Assembly (NCBI GenBank): GCA_902576605.1
Contig: CACGVI010000004.1
Location: 1 to 55,570, forward strand
DNA length: 55,570 nt
Direction: 5' to 3'
DNA from: an uncultured Candidatus Actinomarina sp.
Lineage (GTDB): Bacteria > Actinomycetota > Acidimicrobiia > Actinomarinales > Actinomarinaceae
This document shows, in pieces, positions 27,069 to 36,409 of this stretch. The notes beneath the pieces were generated by a model. It worked only from the letters and a program-made list of their open reading frames with translations, was not told where the DNA came from and ran no database searches. Made by a program: the position numbers and the translations under genes. Within the stretch, counting starts at the first letter, position 1, and every line of letters begins with the position of its first letter.

Positions 27069-29441
27069 TTACTCTTCGAACCAATTTTCCTCTGCAGAAT
27101 ATTGCGTTTCTTCTTTAGTAGTATCATCTTCAGATATATCCACTTCAGGTTGATCATCTACAGAAGCTAGAAGACTAGTTTCAAATTCCTCAACAGTTAT
27201 TAAAACTTCTCTAGCTTTGGAACCTTCAGAAGGACCGACAATACCTTGTGCTTCAAGTATGTCCATCAATCTACCTGCCCTTGCAAAACCAACTCTTAAT
27301 TTACGTTGAAGCATTGATGTTGAACCGAGTTGTGAGCGTATTACAAGTTCTTTAGCAGTTGCTAATAACTCTTCGTCTTCACCGAAATCTTCAGACGATG
27401 ATGTAGAACTAGTTTTTTGTTCTTCTGTAACAGCTGGATTATACACTGCTTCTTTTTGATCTTTAACCCACGAAACAACATCTTTAATTTCACCTTCAGT
27501 TACCCAAGCACCTTGGATTCGTTCTAATCTAGGGTTTGAAGCAGTAACTACTAACATGTCGCCTAATCCGATTAATTTCTCCGCACCGGATTGATCGAGT
27601 ATAACTCTAGAGTCTGTTGTTGATGCTACTGAAAAAGCAAGTCGTGAAGGTATGTTTGCTTTCATAACACCAGTGATAACATCTACTGATGGTCTCTGTG
27701 TAGCAACTACTAAGTGTATACCAATTGCTCGTGCCATTTGAGCAAGCCTTACAATTGCAGATTCTACTTCCCTACCAGCAACCATCATAAGGTCATTTAA
27801 CTCATCTATAAATACAACTATATATGGGAACCTATCAAATTTTTCTTCATCTAAAAGACCAGCGTCATATTTTTCGTGATAACCATTGATATCTCTAACT
27901 TGACCGTCAGCTAATAAATCATATCTTCTGTCCATCTCTGAGACTGCCCATCCAAGTGCATCGACAGCTTTTTTAGGATTTGTAATAACCTTTGTAAGTA
28001 AGTGTGGAACATTGTTGTACTGACCTAACTCAACTCTTTTCGGATCGACCATAACCATTTTTACTTCATCTGGATTAGTTCTTACAAGAAGTGATGTCAC
28101 TATTGAGTTGATGCAGGAAGATTTACCAGCTCCAGTCTGTCCGGCAATCAACACGTGTGGAAGTTCAGATAAATTCAGTAATCTTGGTTTTCCTGATATG
28201 TCTAAACCAAGACCAACATTTAATGGATGTTCAACATTTGCTGCTTCCTTTGAAGAAAGAACGTCGCCAAGAGAGACCAGCTTTCTCTGCCTGTTAGGTA
28301 TCTCTATACCGATAGCACTTCTTCCTGGAATTGGTGCAAGCAAACGTACATCTGGAGTTGCTAATGCATATGCAATATCGTGAGAAAGAGAAGTGACTTT
28401 TGAAACTTTAACGCCAGGTGCTAACTCAATTTCATAACGCGTTACAGTTGGGCCAGGAACAACATTTGTAAGTTCTGCTTCTACACCATGTTCTTTTAAA
28501 AGTTGTGTTAAATCACTTGCAGTTTCTTGTAATAATTTTTTTGAAGTAGAGACAGAAGAACCATTCTTTAACAATTTAACTGGAGGCAATGTGTAAGTAG
28601 CGGATTTGCTTTGTTTTTTAGCTTTTGGTTTAGTGGTTTGAGTCTTATTGACTTTAAAATCTTTTATATCTGATACATTTGAAACTTTTTCTTTAATTTT
28701 TGAAGCTGATTTTGAAACAGTATTAGGTTCCTCATCATTAATAACTGGATCCTTGTAAATGTCCTCAAGATATATATTTCTAGCTTCTTTTCTGGCTAAT
28801 ACAAATGCATAAATGAATTTATAAATGTACTTTAATATTGCTTGGATGCCTCCAATTAAATCTTTTAATTCTATATCGGTCATATAAAGAACTGACATGA
28901 TTAATCCTAATAAAAGGATTGTATGTGTCATTTGTAGACCCACACTGTTGGTTAGTGGATAAACAATAAAGGCTGAAATATGACCTCCAGACTTTAATAA
29001 CAGTTCTGAACCAGCGCTTAATGATAAAGGTTGTGCATGGATTAAAGAATGAAACATAGAAGCTGAAAATATTTGAACCCAAAACGTTCCGACTAATACT
29101 CTTTGTGCTTTTACTGTTTCACGATCTCTAATAAGTATTGCGGATCCGTAGAAAAAGAATACTGGTAAAGCAAACACACCATAACCAAATGCCCACTGAA
29201 GAACATTGAAAACAACTTCACCAACAGGTCCACCTTGAGAGAATATTGATAATACAGTTAGCATTCCAAATGAAAACATAAAAACTGCTACAGCTTGATA
29301 AGATTGGACGAATTTAGATAAAGTACCAGAAGTTGTAGATTTAAGTGTAGTTACTGCCCTGTCTACATTTATTAACTTGTTTTGTTTAGACACCCGCTTA
29401 CGCCCATTCACCCTTTTGCGAGTGGATGTCTTTACAGCCAC
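27069..29441 (-). CDS. ftsK: DNA translocase FtsK
   Basis: N-terminal TMs, GQTGAGKS, FIDELNDLM, ATQRPS, gamma domain LQRKLRVGFARAGRLMD. Confidence 0.97.
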   Translation of the reverse strand: MAVKTSTRKRVNGRKRVSKQNKLINVDRAVTTLKSTTSGTLSKFVQSYQAVAVFMFSFGMLTVLSIFSQGGPVGEVVFNVLQWAFGYGVFALPVFFFYGSAILIRDRETVKAQRVLVGTFWVQIFSASMFHSLIHAQPLSLSAGSELLLKSGGHISAFIVYPLTNSVGLQMTHTILLLGLIMSVLYMTDIELKDLIGGIQAILKYIYKFIYAFVLARKEARNIYLEDIYKDPVINDEEPNTVSKSASKIKEKVSNVSDIKDFKVNKTQTTKPKAKKQSKSATYTLPPVKLLKNGSSVSTSKKLLQETASDLTQLLKEHGVEAELTNVVPGPTVTRYEIELAPGVKVSKVTSLSHDIAYALATPDVRLLAPIPGRSAIGIEIPNRQRKLVSLGDVLSSKEAANVEHPLNVGLGLDISGKPRLLNLSELPHVLIAGQTGAGKSSCINSIVTSLLVRTNPDEVKMVMVDPKRVELGQYNNVPHLLTKVITNPKKAVDALGWAVSEMDRRYDLLADGQVRDINGYHEKYDAGLLDEEKFDRFPYIVVFIDELNDLMMVAGREVESAIVRLAQMARAIGIHLVVATQRPSVDVITGVMKANIPSRLAFSVASTTDSRVILDQSGAEKLIGLGDMLVVTASNPRLERIQGAWVTEGEIKDVVSWVKDQKEAVYNPAVTEEQKTSSTSSSEDFGEDEELLATAKELVIRSQLGSTSMLQRKLRVGFARAGRLMDILEAQGIVGPSEGSKAREVLITVEEFETSLLASVDDQPEVDISEDDTTKEETQYSAEENWFEE

Positions 29442-29476
29442 AAATGCATTATACCATAAAAAAGGTTAGAAAAAGT

Positions 29477-30358
29477 TTAATTATTCTTAATTTTTTGGAA
29501 ATTATCCAATAATTTGTGGGCTAATCCACTAGAAATGTCACTAATAGGCATTAATGGTGATCCAACATCTTCCCACGTTTTCGTAAGTAAGTACTTAACT
29601 GGACCAGGACTTGGTTCTTCAAATAATAAATCAAAAAGAGGTAAAAGTTGATTTTGCAAGTGTTCAGCTGATTCAACCTCACCATTAAGAACATGGTTTA
29701 TTAAATCATAAATTTCGTTTCCAACAACATGCGAAGCAACTGAGACTACACCTTTTCCACCCATCTTCATAAACTCTATAGTCTCACCATCATTACCTGA
29801 ATAAATATCAACTTTACCCTTAAGTGTTTCTAACTCATTTTTAGAGAACTCCAAATCCCCTACTGCATCTTTGATAGAATGTATTCCAATATCATCAACA
29901 AGTTTTTCTAAAGTTTCAATTTCAATTAAAGTTGCTGTACGTCCAGGAATGTTATAAGCCATAATTGGTAAATCAGTATTTTTGGAAATCTCTTCAAAAT
30001 GCTTCAAAATTCCAAATTGTGACGGTTTTGAATAATACGGTGTAACAATCATTATGCCATCGACACCTATGTCATTGGCCATTTTTGTATACTCAATAGA
30101 TTCCCTAGTAGAGTATGTACCGGTGCCGGCAATTATCTTTGCTTTATCTCCAACAGAGTCTTTAGCTGTTGAATAAATAATTTTTCTATCTTCTTTTGTT
30201 AAATTTGGTGATTCACCAGTTGTTCCTGATAAAACTAGACCGTCCGATTTTTCGTGAACTAATTTTTTACAAAGTCTCCATAAAGAATCTGTATTAAGCA
30301 CCCCATTGTTATCAAAAGGGGTTATGACTGCTGTTAATAGCTTGCCGAAATCGCTCAT
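29477..30358 (-). CDS. dapA: 4-hydroxy-tetrahydrodipicolinate synthase
   Basis: GTTGES, YNIPGRT, IKDA. Confidence 0.96.
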   Translation of the reverse strand: MSDFGKLLTAVITPFDNNGVLNTDSLWRLCKKLVHEKSDGLVLSGTTGESPNLTKEDRKIIYSTAKDSVGDKAKIIAGTGTYSTRESIEYTKMANDIGVDGIMIVTPYYSKPSQFGILKHFEEISKNTDLPIMAYNIPGRTATLIEIETLEKLVDDIGIHSIKDAVGDLEFSKNELETLKGKVDIYSGNDGETIEFMKMGGKGVVSVASHVVGNEIYDLINHVLNGEVESAEHLQNQLLPLFDLLFEEPSPGPVKYLLTKTWEDVGSPLMPISDISSGLAHKLLDNFQKIKNN

Positions 30359-30360
30359 AC

Positions 30361-31110
30361 TTAGATATTAATCTTCTTAGCTATTAAATTTTCTAAACCC
30401 AGATTAAAACCTTCTAAATCGTGATAAAGATCAAGAACAACTTTTACTCCATAGAGGTAAGCTTTTCTATCGTACACTTTGTGATCTAAATTAAAAGATT
30501 CGTATTCATTTACGAAATCTACTTCTTGCTCAGCTAGAAATTTATCATCTCTTAAAGAATATATATTTTTGTTATTCACATTACTATTTTGATAGAAGTC
30601 TCCATCTTGTTCGTGAGAGTTGAGTTCTGATGGAAGAGAATTTGCTAAATCTATTGCAGTACCAGATGGTGCATCTTGTTTCTTGCTATGATGTTTTTCG
30701 GAAATAGTTACTGAATTAAAATTATCAGAAAGAGCTAATGAGAAAAGCTTTTGAAAAGCAGCACCTATAGAAAAGTTTGGTATCACTATTACTTTTCTAT
30801 TCGTTATTGTTTTTAATTTTGATAATATTTCTAAACTCACACCAGATGAACCAATTATTAAATCTGCATCTGAATTAAGTAGTGAGTCTATATTTTCATT
30901 TATTACCGAGGCAGGCGAAAACTCCAAGACAACATCTTCTTCTATATTTGTTAAATCTTTATAGATTTTATATTCCTGCCCTTCATAATTTGGATCATGA
31001 ATTGCTGTAAGAATAAAATCTTCTCTTGAGTTTATGTAATCTGAAACAAGTTGACCCATTGAGCCTGCTCCACCTGATATCAAAACAGTTTTTTGTGCAA
31101 TTTCATTCAT
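30361..31110 (-). CDS. dapB: 4-hydroxy-tetrahydrodipicolinate reductase
   Basis: GGAGSMG, PNFSIG, EKHHSKKQDAPSGTA. Confidence 0.94.
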   Translation of the reverse strand: MNEIAQKTVLISGGAGSMGQLVSDYINSREDFILTAIHDPNYEGQEYKIYKDLTNIEEDVVLEFSPASVINENIDSLLNSDADLIIGSSGVSLEILSKLKTITNRKVIVIPNFSIGAAFQKLFSLALSDNFNSVTISEKHHSKKQDAPSGTAIDLANSLPSELNSHEQDGDFYQNSNVNNKNIYSLRDDKFLAEQEVDFVNEYESFNLDHKVYDRKAYLYGVKVVLDLYHDLEGFNLGLENLIAKKINI

Positions 31111-31158
31111 CTTTGATAATTCCTTATACTTATAGTTGTTAATGATAATGATAATTAG

Positions 31159-33111
31159 ATGAATTCAAAGAAAAAAAACATCGAAGCTCAAATAGTTGAA
31201 GATTTTGAAAAAATCAGACCGGCTATTACGAGACTACTGCAAACTCAAATGAAAAATGATGATTTATCTCTTCGATATGGAAGATCAAAGTCAAACAGTA
31301 AAAATGATATTGTAATAAATCCATCAATACTTGTTAATACAATCTCTAAAACAAATCTTGATAGAGATGAGGTTATGATTGGTACAGTTGTGCACGAAGC
31401 TATACATGCAACAAATAACTACAGTTTAGACTCTGAATCTTTAAACAAACTATTCCCTGACGAACTCGATGATGTAGAAGATATTGACGATATTCTTGAA
31501 ATACTTACAGGTTCCTTTGGAAAATATGTTTTTGACATCCTTATTCATTCAATCGAAGAAAAGATCTTTGTAAAACAATATGAAGGGTTAAATTCAATTC
31601 TTGAAGATATTTATACTGAGACATTTTCAGAAATAAAAAAACTCGGTAATTTTAGTCAGTATCTTTCATTATTATTTCACTCAATAACTTCTTATATTGA
31701 TCCTGAATTTGAAAAATATAAAAAGCCTGTTGTAAGTTCATTGAATGAATCTTTACACATTTTAAAAACGTTGAACTATGAAAATGTAAATGTATCTGAA
31801 TTAATAGAGGCTACAGTTCAGATGGTTGATATATGTAGAAGATACAATATTCTTCCAGACTTAGAGAACTACACACTTGGAGAGCAAAAAGAAATTGAGG
31901 AATCGCTTGATGAAAGTGTAGTAAATGATTTGAGTAAAGTTCTTATCCCCTCCTCCAACAATGTTACAACCGGCAATACTTTGCAGAAATTTCTTGGTCA
32001 AACAGAGTCTAAATCAACTGATGATAAATTAAATCTAATGGATGATCATATATCCAAAGTAGGGGCATCAACTACAATCTATTTTCCATCAGGAAATACT
32101 GCAAAAGTAGTTGAAAATAAAATTCCAAACAATTACAAAAATTTATACCAAAACGGTCTTGAAACATATGAATCTTTACTGCAACAATGGAATTTACCTA
32201 TTTATAAAGTTACAAACAAGATAAAACCCTACTTTATACACAATCAAAAAAGAAAGAGAATTAGTGGTTTTGATCAAGGAGATTTATCTCCACACGTTCC
32301 CATCATGCTTGCGTCTGGGAGATACGAGAGAATGTTTGAGCAGAAACAAAGACTATCCAATAAGTCATATGCAATATCGCTTTTAATTGATGGAAGTGGT
32401 TCTATGATTGAAAAAAATAAAGATGAACTTTATCCTTGGTCTTTAGCCTCAGCATTAATTGGTGCTAGTTATTTATCTCAAATATGTTTTGAACTTGATA
32501 TCGATTTTGAAGTTTCTATTTTTAACAGAGCCTTTGCTTCAGAACATGCTGAAAATGAAGAAACTTATATTAAGAGAAAATTCGCAGTTTCATCAATGTT
32601 AAATCGAAACTATGGTTCTTCTGCGCAGGAGCTTTACAATACAGCAAATCATTATTTTATTAAAGAATTTAAAGACTCTTGGAGAGAAAACTATCAGCAA
32701 TTTATAGGACTAATTGAATTTTCAAGAAATTTAAGAGATTCAATTGATATTGGAATAAGCGAAGATTCAATTCCACCAGTCAGTATGTTTGAAAAGGGTA
32801 CTAACATCGATGAAATAAATATTATGCACGCATCAAAAAGATTATTAAATCATCCTTCAAATACAAAGATGTTGGTTGTACTTTCTGATGGGATGACTAG
32901 AGGGTCTCTTAATGAGCTTCAAAACAGTATTAACTTTGCGACTAAAAATGGTGTTGATGTAATTGGGATAGGAATTGGTACTAGGGGTTCTTGGAGAGAG
33001 TATATTAATAATGTTCAAATTGAAAAACCCGAACAGCTAATTCATTCCATAGTAAACATCACAAAGGATATACTTATTAAAAACATTAAATTAACATCTG
33101 GAGTTGCCTAA
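31159..33111 (+). CDS. HExxH-vWA domain protein (CobT/NorD/CbbO-like MoxR adaptor)
   Basis: VVHEAIHA in the N-terminal half; MIDAS LLIDGSGSM, KGTN, VLSDG; C-terminal VIGIGIG. Confidence 0.82.
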   Translation: MNSKKKNIEAQIVEDFEKIRPAITRLLQTQMKNDDLSLRYGRSKSNSKNDIVINPSILVNTISKTNLDRDEVMIGTVVHEAIHATNNYSLDSESLNKLFPDELDDVEDIDDILEILTGSFGKYVFDILIHSIEEKIFVKQYEGLNSILEDIYTETFSEIKKLGNFSQYLSLLFHSITSYIDPEFEKYKKPVVSSLNESLHILKTLNYENVNVSELIEATVQMVDICRRYNILPDLENYTLGEQKEIEESLDESVVNDLSKVLIPSSNNVTTGNTLQKFLGQTESKSTDDKLNLMDDHISKVGASTTIYFPSGNTAKVVENKIPNNYKNLYQNGLETYESLLQQWNLPIYKVTNKIKPYFIHNQKRKRISGFDQGDLSPHVPIMLASGRYERMFEQKQRLSNKSYAISLLIDGSGSMIEKNKDELYPWSLASALIGASYLSQICFELDIDFEVSIFNRAFASEHAENEETYIKRKFAVSSMLNRNYGSSAQELYNTANHYFIKEFKDSWRENYQQFIGLIEFSRNLRDSIDIGISEDSIPPVSMFEKGTNIDEINIMHASKRLLNHPSNTKMLVVLSDGMTRGSLNELQNSINFATKNGVDVIGIGIGTRGSWREYINNVQIEKPEQLIHSIVNITKDILIKNIKLTSGVA

Positions 33112-34100
33112 TGGGTTCACAAAAATTTATAAATCCTGATAATGAAAAGCAATCTGTTGAAATAGAAGAGTGTAAATTAAATAAAAAATTAGATGACTTT
33201 GATTCACGTAGTATTCGAATTCCTGAAGTTGATGAATTTTATGTAGATCTAGGAATGCAGTACAGGCTTGCACAAGTTATGAATTCCAAAACTAAATCTT
33301 TTAAAAATGAGATTCCTATACATATTGCATTGATGGGCCATATGGGTACAGGAAAAGATCACGATATAGAGCAATTTGCAGCAAAGCTAAAGTTTCCGTA
33401 TTACAGAATCCCTTTATCTGGTGAGGTTAGAGATGTAACACTTTTAGGATCTGTTCAGTTGTATGGAGATGGTAAGGGTGGAACTGAAAGCAGATGGCAA
33501 GATGGTGAGCTAACAAGAGCTTTAAGAGGACCAGCAATTGTTAATTTATCTGAACTTAATGCAGCAGGACCAGAGGTTTTATTTGCTTTACATTCATTAC
33601 TTGATAGACATAGGAAACTAGAACTACCAAACGGAGAAGTGCTTTCTTTAAGAGAAGATACATATATTTTTGGAACAATGAACCCAACAAGTTTGAGAGA
33701 TTATGCGGGTACCCAGTCTTTAAATAAGGCATTCGCAGATAGATGGGTGATTTGGGATAAGCCCTTTCCCAATAATGAACAGTTAGATGCTATATTTGAA
33801 AAAAGATATCCCAAACTTCAAAAAGAGTACAGAGATTTAATTATTAAATTAGCAACAGAAATAAACAATTCCTTTATGTCAGATGATATAAGTATCAACA
33901 TAGAAACTCCTATGAGTTTAAGAACAATTGTAGAAAGAATTCCTATTGGCTTGGATGTTTATATAGACTCAGCAGATCCATTAAAAGATACTTGGGAAAA
34001 TTTTGTATTACCTCATGTTAATAAAGAAGACTTAGATCATTACAAAACTTTATGGAACACGATAGTTAGAAAAGGACCTTCTATAAAACCTAAGCTTTAG
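33111..34100 (+). CDS. MoxR-type (CobS/CbbQ-like) AAA+ ATPase
   Basis: GHMGTGKD P-loop, WQDGELTRA, NLSELN Walker B, TMNP sensor I, AFADRW Arg finger; TAATG coupling to the vWA gene. Confidence 0.87.
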   Translation: MGSQKFINPDNEKQSVEIEECKLNKKLDDFDSRSIRIPEVDEFYVDLGMQYRLAQVMNSKTKSFKNEIPIHIALMGHMGTGKDHDIEQFAAKLKFPYYRIPLSGEVRDVTLLGSVQLYGDGKGGTESRWQDGELTRALRGPAIVNLSELNAAGPEVLFALHSLLDRHRKLELPNGEVLSLREDTYIFGTMNPTSLRDYAGTQSLNKAFADRWVIWDKPFPNNEQLDAIFEKRYPKLQKEYRDLIIKLATEINNSFMSDDISINIETPMSLRTIVERIPIGLDVYIDSADPLKDTWENFVLPHVNKEDLDHYKTLWNTIVRKGPSIKPKL

Positions 34101-34539
34101 AAAATTTTATTAAAGGGATATCTCTGTTTGTTCTTTTTCTGTACATTTGAAACGTTGGATAAACTTCATCTAATAAACCCCAGTAATATTCTTTTTCAGA
34201 AGACTTTATTAATTCGTAGGTAGCTTCAAAGCGTTCATTGTTTATTGTGATGTATGGATTGTCTGTTGAAAGATTATAAAACCAATCTGGTGTTTTATCA
34301 TTACCACTATAGGAAGCTGCGACTATGAAATCTTCGTTACAATTCGCATAAGTTAATGGTGTTTTTCTAAGTTGATTTGATTTACTACCTATTGTCTCAA
34401 GTAAGAGAATGTGGTCCCCTATTATTTTTTCACCTAAAAAAGAGTGATTGAATCTGATAATTTTTGAGTGAGTTTTAGAGATTAGCTTATAAAACCATTC
34501 AGGCCAGAGGTGTGCTGACTTTCCTAGTAATCTCCACAT
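34090..34539 (-). CDS. Deazaflavin (F420)-dependent nitroreductase family protein
   Basis: LLLETIGSKSNQLRKTPL, AASYSG...PDWFYNL, YRKRTNRDIP. Confidence 0.88.
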   Translation of the reverse strand: MWRLLGKSAHLWPEWFYKLISKTHSKIIRFNHSFLGEKIIGDHILLLETIGSKSNQLRKTPLTYANCNEDFIVAASYSGNDKTPDWFYNLSTDNPYITINNERFEATYELIKSSEKEYYWGLLDEVYPTFQMYRKRTNRDIPLIKFSKA

Positions 34540-34551
34540 TTATTATCTAAT

Positions 34552-34767
34552 TTAAAAATCTTCCTGATTTTCTTCTTGATCTTTAAACTTTGGATCATAC
34601 TTTTTAAAAAAATCTTTCAATTTATTTTCTAAATCTTCGGTTTCCAAATTAGCTAATTCATTTCTAAGTTTTTTAATTTGAATCTTGATATCAACGTTTT
34701 CATCTATAAGTCTTAAAACATATCTGAAACCAAATATTAAAACAGCAAATTTTAAGATTTTCTTCAT
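34552..34767 (-). CDS. Hypothetical small protein (TM plus coiled coil)
   Basis: 71 aa; hydrophobic N-terminus followed by a charged helix. Confidence 0.5.
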   Translation of the reverse strand: MKKILKFAVLIFGFRYVLRLIDENVDIKIQIKKLRNELANLETEDLENKLKDFFKKYDPKFKDQEENQEDF

Positions 34768-34837
34768 AAGTGCATCATAAATACAAACTTAATTTAAAAA
34801 AAGTTTTTTTTGATGAAATTGGCACTGGAGTTAATTT

Positions 34838-35599
34838 TTGTCCTCAAGTAAACTTAATATAGTGCAAGAAATATTAAGTAATCTGGTTGCAGAACAGCAG
34901 TTATTAGACCAATACCTACAAAGTATTCCTGTTAGAAATTGGAATACTAAAACCACCTACAAAAACTGGGATATCACTGCACATGTAAGCTATCTTGCCG
35001 CCCTTGAAGATCTTGCCCACAATTCATTAAAGAAAAAAGGTTCTGACTTTAATAAATATAAAGGACCAAAAGGTTTAGAAAAATTTGAAAAAGAAGCAAT
35101 TAAAAAGGGTAACAACATGAGACCACAAGATGTCATCGAATGGTGGCGAATGTCAAGAGCTTCTGTTATTGAAACGTTGGCTAAATCATCTCCAGGAAAA
35201 AAAATTACTTGGTGGAAGAATGAAATTGATTGTAGAACATTCGCAGTTACAAAATTAGCAGAAACCTGGGCGCATAGTTTAGATGTATATGATGCGATGA
35301 AAAAAGATTATGAAGATACTGTAAGAGTCGAACACGTAGCTCTTTTTGGATGGTTAAATGCTGAACAAGCTAGTAAAGTCAACAAAACTAAATTTCAAGA
35401 TTTAAGAGTAGAACTCATAGGTCCTGAGTATAAAGCTTGGCAATTTGGAGATGAGCAAAGTGAAAATAGTATTAAAGGAAATGCAAGTGACTGGTGTAGA
35501 GTTGTCACTGGCAGAGTTCCTAGAGGTCATAAACTTACACTTTCTACAGAAGGTGATTTTGCCAAAAAGTTTGTTAAATTTAATCATGTAAAAATATAA
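34838..35599 (+). CDS. Mycothiol-dependent maleylpyruvate isomerase family (MDMPI/DinB-like) protein
   Basis: WDITAHVSYL, ETWAHSLDV, C-terminal GPEYKAWQFG...DWCRVVTGR. Alternative GTG start at 34862. Confidence 0.82.
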   Translation: MSSSKLNIVQEILSNLVAEQQLLDQYLQSIPVRNWNTKTTYKNWDITAHVSYLAALEDLAHNSLKKKGSDFNKYKGPKGLEKFEKEAIKKGNNMRPQDVIEWWRMSRASVIETLAKSSPGKKITWWKNEIDCRTFAVTKLAETWAHSLDVYDAMKKDYEDTVRVEHVALFGWLNAEQASKVNKTKFQDLRVELIGPEYKAWQFGDEQSENSIKGNASDWCRVVTGRVPRGHKLTLSTEGDFAKKFVKFNHVKI

Positions 35600-36360
35600 T
35601 GCAAGTTTATGGTGTAGTTCACTTAAAAAGCCTCCCTGGCTCCCCATTTAACAGATTGTCTATTGATGAGATAATTGACTCGGCGCAAGAGGATGTAAAT
35701 AGTTTAATTTACGGTGGTGTTGATGGCATTATAATTGAAAATTTTGGTGACACCCCGTTTGTGAAAAAAGATATTTCAAAACGTACACTTGCTAGTTTCA
35801 CTACAGTTGTTGAAAATTTAACTATTGAACGTGATATTAAAGTTGGAATAAACGTTTTAAGAAATGACGGTATTTCAGCTCTTGCAATTGCTGAAGCAAC
35901 TAAATCACATTTTGTAAGAATCAATGTTTTAAATAACACCATGTTTACAGACCAGGGTGTTATAGAAGGCGATGCTCACGGTGTTAACCAGTTTAAATCA
36001 AGTCTCAATAGTTATGTAGAAATCTATGCAGATGTATTTGTAAAACATGCCGTACCCCCTCCTGGTTCAAAAATTGAAAACCATGCAGAGGAATTAATTC
36101 ATAGAGCTGGTGCAGATGTAGTCATTGTCACTGGAGATGGGACTGGACACGAAATAAATATTGAAGATTTACAAAAAGTAAGAAACATTGTTCCAGTAGG
36201 AAAACTAGCTATTGGTTCTGGGGTAACTTCAACAAATGTTGACGCTTATCAAGATTTGGCAGACATACTAATCGTTGGTACAAGTTTTAAATTTGATAAC
36301 GATGTTACTAAAAGGGTTGACATCAATAGAGTTGAAGAGTTAGTAAGAAAAATAAAATAA
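35599..36360 (+). CDS. btpA: BtpA/SgcQ family TIM-barrel protein
   Basis: GVVHLKSLPGSP, IENFGDTPF, GINVLRND, ADVFVKHA, IVTGDGTG. Confidence 0.92.
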   Translation: MQVYGVVHLKSLPGSPFNRLSIDEIIDSAQEDVNSLIYGGVDGIIIENFGDTPFVKKDISKRTLASFTTVVENLTIERDIKVGINVLRNDGISALAIAEATKSHFVRINVLNNTMFTDQGVIEGDAHGVNQFKSSLNSYVEIYADVFVKHAVPPPGSKIENHAEELIHRAGADVVIVTGDGTGHEINIEDLQKVRNIVPVGKLAIGSGVTSTNVDAYQDLADILIVGTSFKFDNDVTKRVDINRVEELVRKIK

Positions 36361-36409
36361 TTTTTATTACTACAATACAAATCTATTATCTAACTATTAT
36401 TTTTTTTAA

